DNA from: Octopus vulgaris
Taxonomy: Eukaryota
Length of the DNA stretch: 64,000 bases
Reading direction: 5' to 3'
NCBI GenBank assembly: GCA_951406725.2
Contig: OX597819.1
Span: 86,800,001 to 86,864,000 of the forward strand
The notes under the pieces are model-generated. The model was not told where the DNA came from, did no database searches, and was given only the letters and a program-made list of their open reading frames with translations. The position numbers were made by a program, and so were the translations under genes. This document shows positions 40,555 to 54,883 of the stretch, piece by piece (the first letter of the stretch is position 1; every line of letters begins with the position of its first letter).

Positions 40555-41095
40555 CTAGCTGAAAAGCCTCTCTCTGTGTGGACTTTTAAGCTAGCTCCCA
40601 TGGAGGACTAATTGGGCCTACGGTTCAAAACTAAAGAGAGCTGGAAAGCATGACTATGATACGTTTATAAGGACTATATGACCCGGTTATGTTTGATCAG
40701 AGGATAAGGACTGATAAGAATTAATTCTGTAATACAATCATTCTATTGTTCCAGTCCCAAGTTGAATTCCAACTGTTGGCCAATTTGTCCCAAAGTTCTT
40801 ATCTCGACGTAAAATTAACGAAGAAATGTCATTTATCTCCCCCTTGATCTCTGACGTCATCTGACAAATGCCACCAAGATAGCTTGAATCATCCAATCGT
40901 CACCTGCTAGAAATAGCAACCCAAATGCTTTTAAATCAGATCCTAATGCTGGATGTTTAAGAACCAAATTAAGGGCAGATTTTCAAAATCAGGATCATCC
41001 TGATTCCAAAAAAGGTACAATATGTCTATGTAGAGAAAATGTTGATACAGGGGTCCCAGACGGATAGACAATTTCGCTTTTGTTAATATAGAAGA
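40555..41095 (-). mobile_element. old non-autonomous Helitron
   Basis: minus 5' TCttctatattaacaaaagcgaaattgtctatccgtctg; 3' end cagCTAG|T with a decayed hairpin. Confidence 0.55.
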
Positions 41096-41264
41096 GTCAG
41101 CAGTGATCGGAAGCAGGTAATTGCCGTTTCATGCCTGTTATGGTCCAGTGCTTTAGTCCCTTATATTTTGGTGGTAGTATCATTAAACAGATCTCACAGA
41201 TTATAATGTCAATAACTACAAACGGTAATATGGGTTTAAAGTGTTGGGTTTTATATTGATTATA

Positions 41265-41310
<46 letters not shown>

Positions 41311-41804
41311 TGTGTATGTATGCGCGCGCGCGTGTATGTATGTGTATCTATATATATATATCGTTGCTATTATGTTAAACTGTGGTATGTCCAAATTTGT
41401 CCAAATGCGCTTTTTTTTTGTTAGTATATATTTTTGCTCAAAATAGCCGGTTCTTTTGGTCAAATTATCATATCCTTCGTCTGTCTCAAACAGACAGACT
41501 AAATTCTCCAGTGAAAAACAATAAAAACAAATAAACCTTTAAACTCAAACCGATTTTCCGACTTCCCAAGAGAACCGAACGTGTAACGCTGTTTTTACAA
41601 CAGTATAACGTTTTCACCGCACCAGCTTAAAAAAACAAACAAAAAAAAAAGGCCTGCTAGTTCAGATGTTTGCCAAGCCTTCGCAAATATATATATTTTC
41701 AGTGAAATCTATTCACTGATTACCAAAATTAGAAATATTAAATGTCTAAATATCTCAGAGAGACATGAGCGGTGGTGGAGCGATAGAGTGGTTGTATACT
41801 AGCT

Positions 41805-42022
41805 GGTGGGGTGCTTGTCTCCCCTTCGCAAATATAAGGACAGACCAGCAGTCGCCCATGCATACCGGCCTCCCCTCTCCACGTCACCGATGTTGTCCAA
41901 GGGAAAGGCAAGGGCCGATACAGCTTGGCACCTGTGACGTCGCAACTCATTTCTACAGCTAAGTGAACTGGAGCAACGTGAAATAAAGTATCTTGCTCAA
42001 GAACACAACACGCACCACGGTC
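41805..42022 (-). mobile_element. SINE family C, 5'-truncated, different tail
   Basis: ttgtgttcttgagcaagatactttatttcacgttgctccagttcac body; 3' part unlike the 25337 copy. Confidence 0.7.
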
Positions 42023-42038
42023 AACCACTATATATATA

Positions 42039-42072
<34 letters not shown>

Positions 42073-43219
42073 AAGAGAGAGAGAGAGAGCTAGAAAGAGA
42101 AAGAGAGTGGAAGAGAGAGGGATAAATACATGCTTATTTTTATGAGTTAGTGCGTGTGTGTGTATGTGTGTTTGTGTGTGGGAAACGTACAACAGATTGT
42201 ATAATATTTAGAATACTGAAACCTTTTGGATAATATCGCCGGCTTTCATAATTCAGATTGCTTAAACGACTGAAGTAAGGGAAAGTAGCATGGCAATGCA
42301 TTAGCCAGAATATTCTCAAGCACAACGAAACATACCCCTGCTAGCTGCACTTCGAGATTGGCTTGTAGAGAATGCGTAACACGTTAACATATCCATCCCT
42401 ATGACCGAAACGCGTGACATTTCAAGTACTCACATGCAAAATCTTGTGATTTATTTATTTATTAATACTATGTGTGGAAAAATGTCCCGGTGAGAATAAG
42501 TAGATATTACTACAAACCAAAAACAAAGTTAGAAAGAAAAAATACGAGTAGATAATACTTGCATACTCTATAAAATTCCTCAGGAAGCTAAAAGAATTGT
42601 GGAAGCTTCGCTCATATCGCGAAGAAATAACCAAAAAATACAATCTACATACCTAAAAATTAACAGGTGGCTGTTGAAATGGAAGCGTAACGGTAATAAA
42701 AATTTAGGTGCTAAAGCATACATTAATGTGGCCATTACGTAACTTATTAACATATCGCTTCTAACGTATAAGTCTAACACTAGAAAAACACCTTTGGTGG
42801 TAAAAATCTACAAGAATTCGACCCCTATAAAAGAAGCAACACAAAAGCCAAATCAGTGAAAGTCTGCAAATGTTTAATATGGATGTAGAAACATTGTTCT
42901 TCCAAAATGACTGCAAGAAACTTATAAAATTATGGAAAATCTGTAATAAAGAAAAATGTTTGCTCTATAGTGAATCTTTATCTCTCCCACTCTCTCTCTC
43001 TCTCTCTCTCTCTCACTACACACACGCACGCACGCACACACATACACATACATAAATATAACAAGTTATGCAGATATATTTTTATGTACATACGAGCAAA
43101 ACGCCTCCCCCCCCCCCACCGCCGTCCAATGGACTGCTGAGTTGTCAAACATTTAAACAAAATTTTCTCAAAACAACTTGTCCGACCGTCCCATAGGCCT
43201 CCCCTTTGAGAAACACTGA

Positions 43220-43471
43220 TTTAACCTAAATTCGAGACACCAGCAAAAGACGGATTTCGACTGATGTACTTATGCGTACAAATGCACGTTCCCACGGCTT
43301 TATCGATCGCATTCTCACCTAAAATCGACTTTTGTATTTTTTTCAAGACTTATACACTCCCTGATACCGTCGGTATCTACATATCAAATTTGAGCGCAAT
43401 CGGATGGAGGATGCCCAAGATCCTAGAAGACACACACACACACACAGACAGAACGGATTTTATACAATAGA
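43220..43471 (-). mobile_element. Helitron 5' fragment
   Basis: minus A|TCtattgtataaaatccgttctgtctgtgtgtg...ccgattgcgctcaaatttg is a typical non-autonomous Helitron start. Confidence 0.6.
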
Positions 43472-45214
43472 TATCTACATACACGTATATAAACACCCAC
43501 ACACACACGCACATACACACGCACGCACACACACACACACATGTACACATATATATGTAGGCATATATATATTTACATATGGGTATTGTGATATTGGCTT
43601 TAACTTCTGTCCAAAATAATAGCCCTTTTTCCATTGTTTCCATAAATGCCAATGCTTATACATGGTGTTTTTAAATGTTTCTTTAGATCTTTAATTATAC
43701 ACGTTCTGATTTCTTCTTTGATTCTTGCTAACAGTAGCAACGCTTAAATCAAAATCAGCTGATGAACGTTTCTATTTCGGAGTTGATTAAATAGAATGAT
43801 ATTCATGATTTTTCAGTTTCATTTTAAATCATGCACAATTATGGATACATGACCTGTTTCATAACGTTGTTCTGCTATTGTTAGCTACTGCTTGAAAACA
43901 GTGAGCAGGTGTTTTCTACCAATAAATTATATATATAAATCCGATATCTGAAGCTGAACGAGTAGAATACAAATATATTTTATAGTCTTTGCAAAACACA
44001 ATCTAGACTATTAATTCATAAATCAACAAAAAAAATCAGTTATGAATGAATATATGAATAGTAAATGGGAGCTCGCATGAATTAAAAAAGTAAAAAAGTA
44101 AAAAAGGAAGGAAAGGAACGTTTCTAGCTATGATTTCGCTTTATATACCACCAATGCTATGATTTCGCTTTATATATCACCAATGCCGACTTTGCTTTTC
44201 ATCCTTTCGGGATCGATAAGATACGTATCAGTTGAACACTGGGGTCGATGTAATCGACTTACTTCTCCCTCAAAACTACTGGTCTTGTGCCAAAAATTGA
44301 AACCAATATATAGATATAATATTGAAGATCTTACATCACTACACTCTTATTTAACTGGTTCCAGTTATAAGGCTGGGACCATGCTGGAGTGCCACCACCA
44401 CCACTAATAAAGTAATTGATATAATCACTACAATAATATCTAACTTCTAAGTGTTGGATCAACAACGAGCACTGAACCATACCTGCAAAATATTGGCAAT
44501 GCAACAGAGAACTTCGGCCCGCTTTGTATTCATCAGTCATTAGTTCAAGAAACTTCTCCCTCTTTTTTTGTCTTTCCGCTATTCCAAGTTTCTAAACAAA
44601 CGACAGCATTTTAGGAATAGTAATTTTGGGAAGCAATACTATATTGAACCCCTCTGTGTTAGACATATAAATTGTTTACATCATCTTCTGTTCCTTCAAA
44701 ACAAATAGGTGTTATATAAGCTTTATAGTTCTTATTATTGTTTAGCGACGGGCAAATCTATTTTCAAAGATATTCTAGCTTTGATCATGCCATCATTTTA
44801 TATATCATGGATCACATTGTCCAGAGTTCTCCTTCTTAATAAGACGGTAGGTATTGTGTTTAAGAAGATTTGACTATTGTTTCTAGCAGATCTAGTTGCT
44901 GTACAAAGACTCCTTCACTAGTTCATCACCTCCATAGTCATAAGAAGAAGTAATCTTAATACTAGTATTTGTCAGTATATTGAAAAGAGGACACAATTAC
45001 TCCTTGAGCAATCTAATAGGATTCCTCTATAATGGGGTTGAGAACCTCTTGCAATAAAATTTAAAGCTATCCTCAGAAGTCACTATATGAAACCCATCTG
45101 ATACACTACCCCACCCCCCTCGTCATCATTACTGCGCCAAGAGAAGATCGAACTGAACATCAATCGCATTGACGATTTTACGGATTTTACTCTTTGAAAG
45201 TAGACAACTCATTG

Positions 45215-46970
45215 CACAATGTTACAAAATTTTAATTTTATTTTGTCTATCTAGAAATCAAAGGAAATTACTTTTATTCCCTTCTAACTTTGCTTTTGTG
45301 GTCTGGGTCTCAATGTTTTGAAACTGACTTATTTTCCATTTCATTTCAGACAGATTCAGCAGTGAATAGTATTTGGACAAGGTTTTGACATCATCTCTAG
45401 ACGAAATTCTCGCATCGACGGACCGACGAGGTGAATGATTCGGTCTGACTCCTTTATGTTCAGAGCCACCGAAAGCGTTTGTGGCCCACATCGATTTGAA
45501 AGCAGCTTCGATATCAATCATGCAATCTGCATATGCTTGACTGTAGCATCTGCATCATTTTGGATCGATCGGGCATGGTTATTTTATTCGGTGTTTGAAC
45601 TAACTTTTCTAGTATCTTTGCTTTCTCTATAACTCGGTATTTTGCTTTCGGTTGTTTGTGCAACTGCGGGTCGTTAACTGGAACAAATCCACTGATGCCA
45701 TCGCCAATGATAACTAGAACATAACCCCTTTTCCAGAGAGCATCTCTAACCTCCGGCATCAAATGCACATATAATCATCGAGCACATAAAAGGCAAAGTT
45801 TGCATGTGAAAATATATTAAATCGGTTTGATCTATAAGAACATTTAGGAGACCGTTGATATTTCATTGTAGGCAGGACATTCAGTAGTGGTGTTTTTTTT
45901 CCAGTTCCGTTGAATACAAGCTCTGGGAAAAGATTGATCTTGGTATCATTGCTAACCTGGGTGAATGCTGTGATACGTTTCCTAGACAAATGGTGTCATT
46001 CTTTGACAAAGGTATCTTGATTTCTGAATGACAATGTAGCTTGTCCGCTACTCTCATTCCGGTGCAAGAGCATTTGATCTCCATTGATAATGGGAGGATG
46101 TACGCCAAATTTTTCAAGGAAATAACGATGCACACTCCATTTGTTATTCAAAAATCCTGAATGCACCCATCACATTGCTCTTTAGAGATTGAAATGCGTT
46201 TGTTTAGAAATTTCTGTGATACCCCATACTCTTTTTGCCAACCTTTCATCCAGCCTATTGAAAAAACAAATCTTTTCTTCAGATGGAGTATCTGGGTGTC
46301 GGCAAATCCACTCCTCATAAAATTTCTCAGCCTGTAATAGGAAAAGAGCTTGTGGTAATCTCATATGCATCGATGTTCTAACATCTACAAACCCTTCAAA
46401 CTAGGCGTCTCTCACACCTGGTGCTCTTGCTTTACAACCTCCTTCAGTGACTCTGAAACGTTTCTTTGGACTTTTTTTCAGCGCTGTCAAATTCGTTTCA
46501 AATATTTTTCATGGCAGCGTTTGGCTAAATAGTCATTAAGAGTTTTTGACACCGGCCACATTCAAGTAAAACAAACGAACTGTTGTGGCTAGATATCCCT
46601 GTTTCGAGGTGTCTGAGACATGGCGTTTCCTTTTAGCATCCCAATGAGTTTTCCCTTTCATTCGCCCTAATTCAGAATCATACTCCTCTTTGCATTTGTT
46701 CACCTCGATAGCAAGTCCATCCTTTTCTTCTATAGAATAATTTTCATACGTCGCACTACGAAATACTCTTTTCTCTACCATGATGTTATGAAAAAAAGTT
46801 CAAAGCGAAATTACTTGAGTCGTGTTGATGTTGTTAAATCCTTATACTGTAAAAAGCTTATCCTGTAAGGATAAACTGTTCGTCATTGAAGTTCTTGGCG
46901 TGGAATTTGTGTCGGTTATTGGAAGAGAAAGCATAGAGAAATTGAAAATGAAGTTTTGTTGACTACAGTG
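45215..46970 (-). mobile_element. decayed pogo-like (DDE_1) DNA transposon
   Basis: frameshifted transposase 46781 to about 45330: INGDQMLLHRNE, RKRITAFTQV, YVLDDYMC, HLMPEVRDALWKRGYVLVIIGDGISGFVPVNDPQLHKQPKAKYR; degenerate CACTGT-like ends, boundaries approximate. Confidence 0.75.
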
Positions 46971-47742
46971 TGGAGGAGCAGTTAACTTACGCGTATGTTA
47001 CTGACTGGGGCAGTTATCCAGCCTCAGGTTTTTATAAACTCTGGCTCGTTTAAAGCATATCTTCTGGCAGCAATTTCTTTGTTTTCTATGTGTCATGAAG
47101 CAGGCGTGTTGTGTCTCGAAATGATTGATCTAAGAGTTGAAGGTTATCAATGCCCTAAAATATTGAAGGCTCACACGCATGAACGTTGGCTACATATACT
47201 GAGGAGAAATATTTTTTCATCCATACGTTATGAAAACAAACAGAACGCTTCAAATTTTCTTCCCATTCTTGTCATTTTTTTTTTATCATGCTGATTCACA
47301 ATTTGTGTCAGTCAAAATAATAATGAATTCCCCAGAGTTAGTTGTTTTGTACTAGTAACAGGAGTCAGTTTAATCGCCTTTCCACTCCCCTTTAAATTGC
47401 TGACCTTGTACCTAAGCATCGAGCAACGTGCCTTGCAGCATAGAGTTATGGCCTACTACGTTCTGAGTTCAATCCCGCTGAGGTTAGCTTTACCTTTCAT
47501 CCCTACGGGGTCGATACTCCGTAGGAATGAATAAAACAACAGTAATAAATAAAGCAACAGTAATGTACTGGGTCACTTTAATCCACTTGTCCCTCTCCAC
47601 AAGTTGTTGGCCTTGTGTCTAAATGAAAAATCATTACTTAAAACTTTCTAGGCTGTCGACCTTGACTTTTTTTTTCAACCAGAATAAGTTATTTAGTTTA
47701 TATATCTTATTTATTTTATAACATATAGTATTACTTGTAATG

Positions 47743-47815
<73 letters not shown>

Positions 47816-48091
47816 TATATTTGTATGTATGTATGTATGTATGTATGTATGTATGTATATAATGCCTTTAACGTAAAATAAAATTATCATTTGATTCTCC
47901 AGCTGTTGAATCAATATACATAGTTTAGAATAAAATTTCACGTGAGATAGATTAGCAAACTTTTTTTTAATGAGGGGGAAGGTTGGGGTAAAAGTGGGAG
48001 TGGCCTTAAAAATTAATAAGCGGAAGGAAACGATTATTGAAGACGCCAGAATACACACACACATACACAAACACACACACACACAAACACG

Positions 48092-48164
<73 letters not shown>

Positions 48165-48171
48165 ACACACA

Positions 48172-48904
48172 CAGGCATAGCTCGGCTTCAGCCGTTTCGA
48201 TTTAAGTTGTTCTCGATTATACGTCTGTTTTCAAAAATAATATATGGAAAAATAAAAATCCAATTAAGTCATTTTACTCAACTTTACATCTGTCTACCAC
48301 AAGTATTGGAATCGTAAAATCACTAGAAAACCGTTAAAAACACAAAAAACCACGTTACTGTACAATATAACATATAAAAGCATACTAAAACATGTACAAT
48401 AAATGTTAAGATACACACCATAAAGTAGTGCATCTTAGTGAACGAAATCATGAAATAAGCTGCATTGTCCTATTTATCGGTCTTTCGGAGCTCATATTGT
48501 ACTGTAGTTCCAATATATACCGTTAGGCGTCGTTGTCACTAGTGATTCCCGTGATTGTTTTGAATTCAGATTTGTTTACGTCTGTTTATTGGCTACTTTC
48601 TCATTCTTATTCATTTGTGACTTTATTTTTTGCCCCCCTGGCTCCTAAGAAAATTTATAGGGAAAGTGCTAGGCATAATGCTATAACACTGGAAGATAAA
48701 CTGACTATGATAAAATGCCATGAAAAAGGTGAAAAAATGGTAGCAGGAGTGGCTGTGTGGTAAGTAGCTTGTTTACCAACCACATGGTTCCGGGTTCAGT
48801 CCCACTGCGTGGCACCTTGGGCAAGTGTCTTCTACTATAGTTTCGGGCCGACCAAAGCTTTGTGAGTGGATTTGGTAGACGGAAACTGAAAGAAGTTCGT
48901 TGTA

Positions 48905-48969
<65 letters not shown>

Positions 48970-49963
48970 TTGTGTGGCTGTGTTTGTCCCCCTAGCATTG
49001 CTTGACAACCGATGCTGGTGTGTTTATGTCCCCGTGACTTAGCGGTTCGGCAAAAAGAGACCGATAGAATAAGTACTGGGCTTACAAAGAATAAGTCCCG
49101 GGGTCGAGTTGCTCGATTAAAGGTGGTGCTCCAGCATGGCCGCAGTCAAATGACTGAAACAAGTAAAAGAGTAAAAGAGTAAGAGTAAAGAGTAAATTGC
49201 ATGATCATTTGGGGTGAGTTGGACAACTATATCGACGATTGTAATAATAAGGACAAGATTTTAGCACATAACAAATCCGAACCTGAGCCACGTCACTTTA
49301 CCATTAAGAAAATGCAGCAAGCATTTGCATATATCAAAAAAGGTCTTTTTTATGTTCGAGGATATGGATCCAAATGCTCAACGCTTTTCCAAGATTATAG
49401 AGCAGGGGCTTGTCACGAAGCTTTTGCTCCTTATAATGTAATCCTTGAGGAAAAGACGAAGACAGTTCAAGGAACTGTCAACTGGGTTTTTTTATGTGCA
49501 TCGAACAAGAACAGCCTGAGTCAGTTGTTGATTTTGACGATCTACAGCCATCTACATCCGCGATGTAAACGACCAAATCGTATGACATATTGGTAAATTT
49601 AAAGTAGTTTTGTTTTTTTTACTATTAAAGAATAATAATTACTAAATTTGTTTTTTAAACTCAAAACTGGGTTTTATTTTAAACACTGCCAAATTGTATT
49701 CGTAAATTTAGATTACTGTCTTTTTACTGGACTGTATTAAAAAATAAATATTATTTGTTCGTAAGCTTAAAATAGGTTTTAATTAACTATGTATTATTGA
49801 AAATGCATTCATAAAATAAAGAACAGAACTGGGAATGGTTATTATCGGTTTAGCCTAGAGACAAGTAAATTCGGCCTAGCCTAGCCTAGAGACAAGTTAA
49901 TTCGACTTCGACTTAAGTCATGTCTCCTGGAATCAATTGACGACGTAGGGTGAGATCTGCTTG
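48172..49963 (+). mobile_element. internally deleted Tigger element with a SINE insertion
   Basis: ends caggcatagctcg / tgagatctgcttg-TA; N-terminal HTH ITLEDKLTMIKCHEKGEK; Tigger1-like C-terminus EPEPRHFTIKKMQQAF..FEDMDPNAQRF..YNVILEEK. Confidence 0.82.
48739..49196 (+). mobile_element. SINE family A, full length, young
   Basis: complete head, internal (TA)n(TG)n, tail ending in (aagagta)-like repeats; CpGs intact. Confidence 0.9.
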
Positions 49964-50009
49964 TATGTGTCTGTGTGTCTGTATATACATACATACATAC
50001 ATACATACA

Positions 50010-50101
<92 letters not shown>

Positions 50102-50679
50102 GCATGCAACTGCGCGGGCTGATGCGATCGATAAACAGATGCGTATAGCTAGCTTACAGTCTGTTAAGGATGATTTCTTACGAAATTAGATATTATAGAA
50201 CAGTAATCTAAGAACATGTGTGTTCGTGAAACTGTTGAGAAAGTGACATACTTATACAGACATCGATAGGCAGAACAGATGGAAGGACATTCATGCAGAC
50301 AGATCGATAGAAACTGAGAGAGAAACAAATACAGACACACGCACGTATGTGCATATATTTATATCAATGTGTATGTATAAGTACATACACAAACGGTCGC
50401 GCGTAAATGTGTAAGCCTTTATATACTCAGTATTCTTATCTTGATATAAGCATATTTATGTGTAAGATAAACTAAGATTACAAACCAAGACTACGGCCCT
50501 TCTCTCAACTATACACGTCAGCCTGTTGGAAACAAAAGGGTTGATCGAACGATACTATCCATGGCCCGAAGTATATTCAGTGTTCATCTCACGCAATAAT
50601 AAGCTAAAATTGTGTTCAGGTGTGTGTGAGTGTATGCATCACGCATGCGCATTTTTTGTTTTTGATTTTGTCGACTACA

Positions 50680-50970
50680 CAGTATAGTAGGGACAGTTGG
50701 GCACCGTTTGTGACAAAAACAGCACCATGACGCAATTCACTCTACCAGAAATTTGGAGACGGCATGCTGTATTACTTGACATTCGCGCCGGAAACTCTAA
50801 TACGAGCATTTCAAAGTGTTTAGAGGTCAATCTGAGGAGAGTGCAATGGGAGGACATGTACCGAAAGGGATAAAAATCAAACATTCAGACAACATCATAG
50901 TGTTTGGAGTGATCATTAGGAATAGCGACGTTATGTCTCCATTCATCTTCCCACACCGCCTCAGACTCAA
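50680..50970 (+). mobile_element. internally deleted maT (DD37D) fragment
   Basis: MTQFTLPEIWRRHAVLLDIRAGN joined to IIVFGVII..DVMSPFIFPHRLRL, homologous to the 19200-21643 element. Confidence 0.7.
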
Positions 50971-51569
50971 GTGCCTATCTATGCATACACATAGACGTGA
51001 GTGTACAGAGAAAGATGAGGCGAGAGATGGATGTAGAGAGAGAGGAAGAAAGGTAAGAGAAAAGGCTGGGATGAGAGAAAGCAATAAGTGAATATGGTGA
51101 CATAGTGACGGACAGAGAGATATAAAGTGACAGAAAATAAAATTTAACGAGACAGGAAGACAGAAAATTGCTGTACTTTAACTTCATATGCAGAATACTA
51201 TCGTGTCTACTCCTTTTTATTGTAATTAATAAGACTGCACACTCACTAGCTGACATTTTTTTCGAGATGTAGATTAAAACAGTTCATGTTAGGCCTGGCA
51301 CACAGTTTCTAATGGGTTTTCCAAACGTTTCCACATACAGGACATCACACCAAAATCTTGCATCACAAACGATAACTTATCTCTCGGAGTCACAGAGAAT
51401 ACGTCGGCTTTCATTAGCTACTAACTCTTAGCAAGTTTCAAGATGGGTCGGTATTGCTGCTACACGCAGAAATATCTAACTGCATTAAAAGCAAGGCTAT
51501 TCGACGGTTGGACAAAGTCTTACTAATATGCTAATATATAGACACAGTATCTCATCAGTGGCGTATGCA

Positions 51570-52250
51570 AGGTGTGACGAGATAAGAGACGGTGTACAAC
51601 GTCATTTCCATTGAACTAATGTTCTGCACACCAAATCCATTTAAGTCCACCCTACACATCCTCCTCTTCTCTTCTCGTCACATCATATCCAAACCATTTT
51701 TTCCAATCCTTTCGCATCAGAGTATTAACTGTCTGAAAGTTCATTCACGCCCAAGTGTTTTGCGAGAAATGCTTGAAATACTTAAAATTAATCATGTCGC
51801 TCATACCAGGTTCTGCCTATGAATGTCATAGGCATTGACCCATCTTCCTAACAAAACTATTAAAGTTTACTGAATAAATTTGACTGAAAATTAAAGCATT
51901 ATGCTTATCGCCCGGTTTACTATCACAACATCAGACCTCCTGAGTAACTTTCAGAGCTCTTTCAACTGCTGCTGCAATTTTGCAGTAATAAGTTTAACAA
52001 ACCGTCTGACCCTTTGCTGTTTTTGCTTTAACAAAGCCTACTTCGCGGCAAGCTTTTGAATAAAACATCACTCGATTTAATATCGCTACCCAATATCCAT
52101 GGCAGCCTTTAACAGGGTTCACTCGGTTCCAAGTATTTGGATTAGAATAGTAATCCTCTGGAATAACAGCACTTCTACCAAATATTCCCTGCAAATACTT
52201 TACGTAACTGCATATGTTGTCCTTGAACACCATCATATCAATCTCGCCAG
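51570..52250 (-). mobile_element. highly decayed RTE-like LINE fragment
   Basis: weak remnants SKACREVGF, YVKYL, KWFGYDVTRREED in RTE order. Confidence 0.35.
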
Positions 52251-52786
52251 TTTGAAACGGTCTTGAGGGGTAACGGCCACTGCTTCACCCCCTCTAACTA
52301 AACTAGAAAAGGTATAGAGCCAATAAAGAAGCCTCTCTGTAACTGCTCGTCCTAGTAGATATAACAACTATATCTCTCTCAAATGACACCTTGATGTTTT
52401 TGTGGTAGGTAATATCCCTTAATAAAGAAGATAGTGATGGATGAAAAGTACTTCACAATAGATCTATGAAATCATGGCGGATGAGGGTTAAATAACAGCA
52501 GTAACTACTTAGAACAATGATTTCAAATTTTGGTACAAGACCAGCAATTTTGCTGTGGGTGGGTTAATTGATTACATCAACCTCAGTACTCAACAGGTAC
52601 TTATTTTATCGACTCTGAAAGGATGAAAAGCAAAGTCGACTTCGACAAAATATGAAGTTAGAACTTAAAAGACGGACGAAATGCCGATAAGTGTTTTATT
52701 CGATATGTTAACGATTTTGCCAGCTCGCTACCTTAACGACTTAGAAATAATAGAATATAATGATAAAATGTAAAAGATTGACTTAC

Positions 52787-52890
52787 CTTCCGGTTGAGAA
52801 TAAGACACCATTGGCCGCTCCGAAGCATGACATAACAACAAACATTGGCATTATCCAAGCCATGATTCCGAGGACGCTTTCGCCCCAAAA
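52787..52890 (-). CDS. SLC7A9: b(0,+)-type amino acid transporter (SLC7 light chain), internal exon; upstream exons outside window
   Basis: 104-nt exon, ttgtag|...|gtaagt; FWGESVLGIMAWIMPMFVVMSCFGAANGVLFSTG(R) aligns with recalled human SLC7A9 [35 protein letters not shown]; phase joins the 14593 exon. Confidence 0.92.
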
Positions 52891-54883
52891 CTACAAGATG
52901 CAAAAAAAAAAGAGAAAAACTGTAATAAATGAATGAATTATACGCGAAGAACTATTATTTATCGATAACAATCTTGCATTGTAAGAGATAATTCTTCCAT
53001 ATGAATTCGATATTCTATATGTACATACACAAAAACTTACGCATATATGCTCGTATGCATATCCATACAAAAATATAGAAATGCACATACATATGCATAT
53101 GCACACGCACACTCATCTCTTCTCTTAATTGTGCCTGTCATGGGAGTACATCCATGTTGGGACTTCGCTTCGAAGGGCTTAGTCGATCAAATCAACTTCA
53201 GTACTTATACTTTTTTTAAAATTCTAGTACGTATTCTATAGTCTAGCTTTCTCTTTTGCCGAATCACTTATTTACGGAGCTGTAAACAACCCAACACAGA
53301 ATATGAATATGAAATATGAGATTGAGGAAACGATCATGACCTGTGAAAGCTAAAATGATATAGGAACCTGTTTTGCATTCGCATTATATACACGGAGCGT
53401 ATTTTCAAAGTAAATGTCAGAATAGCAAACTACAAAATTGTTCAGGCAGTTATCAAACTGAAAATTATGTAGAAGTTTGGTTATGTGACATGACACTATA
53501 GCATCTCTGGCGAATATGGTCCACTGACGCGATCTAATAAAAGTGGAACACCTTCGTTGATTTCACCATTGACTTTAAAGACCAGATCCCGCCCCCCGTT
53601 CCAGATTGTCTATATTGTCTAAAAATTTAATTCAATTGATTTTATTGGATTTATCACGCTGTTTATAGCATTTAACTCCTTCGTCATTGTGAGAGTTTTC
53701 TTTGTTAATTACTTGGATAATCTCAGATGCCTCAAGTTCTTCAATTCATCATATTATATATGTGACTTAAGATATTTACTCTCAGTAAATATTGCTGATA
53801 CACATATAAACTACACACTACCACATACACATATTTATGCATAAACGTACACATGTATAAAGGAGTTATAGTATATGAAATTCCGTTTGTCGATATGAAC
53901 TATCTTACTGTTAAGATTATGCATGTTAAGGAAAGTAGTTTGTTAGTGAATCTAATTAGTATTATTTAGCAAGCTTTTATATTCTTTAAACTTCACCCTA
54001 ATGTGGAATCATGTGTTGAAGCGAATATCATTGTACTGTGGAAGGGTGACCTGCCACGAAAACCTGTTGTAATTCACCTCTGTTCTATCATCAATCAACT
54101 AATTGATTACTTAATTGTTTTTTCAAGAATTATTCGTCACATCTTGTGACCTATAAATGACATGTCCCTTATACATTCATTCTGTGCTAATATGCATTCA
54201 CTTTATGCGCTCTCAAAATGATTATATATCGACAAACTATCAGAGAGAAAATCGGCGAAAGCTTTCTTGCACTTGAACTCAGTAAAGCATTTAACTGTAT
54301 CTGAATTTTGGCTGCATCTAACTAAGCTGCAGACATATGGCCTCCATTTGTCTCTCACTTCTTAAAATAAAAGCTTCTTCTCAGACCATCCCATAGTAGT
54401 GTGTGATCGTGGACTCTACTATATGCTTCATGACCTACATACTCTTCTATCAATCGTTAGCGACCTATTTGCTGTCACTGTTAACAACACTGTCGTTTGC
54501 AGATGCTATTCTTCGCTAACATTCTTCACACAAATTACTTCCACATGTAACCTAAATATCTCATTCCACATCTGATGTACCCTTATTAAACAGAATCAGT
54601 GAGATGATGCCCACTTGCTCTCATTTCACAACATAAAGATGTATTGCAACGCGTATTAACAGTCTGTCTACATGGTACAATACACATCTGAAACCCTCAA
54701 ATCACTAAACATTCAAAACCTCACAGTCTCTAATGATCTCTCAAGGCGACCTCGCGTACACAGCACTGCCAAAATAGAATCACAAAGGTTAAGTGTTTTA
54801 TTTTATTTTCTTTAGAGTACGAAAATAGGACAATACAGGTTACTATTTATACTTCCCTAAACTCAAGTAAGATTTGCACTATA

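Noticed and set aside
42440-42975. Possible ancient mariner relic (FFQNDCKKLIKLWKIC)
   Set aside because: Too decayed; no TIR pair identified
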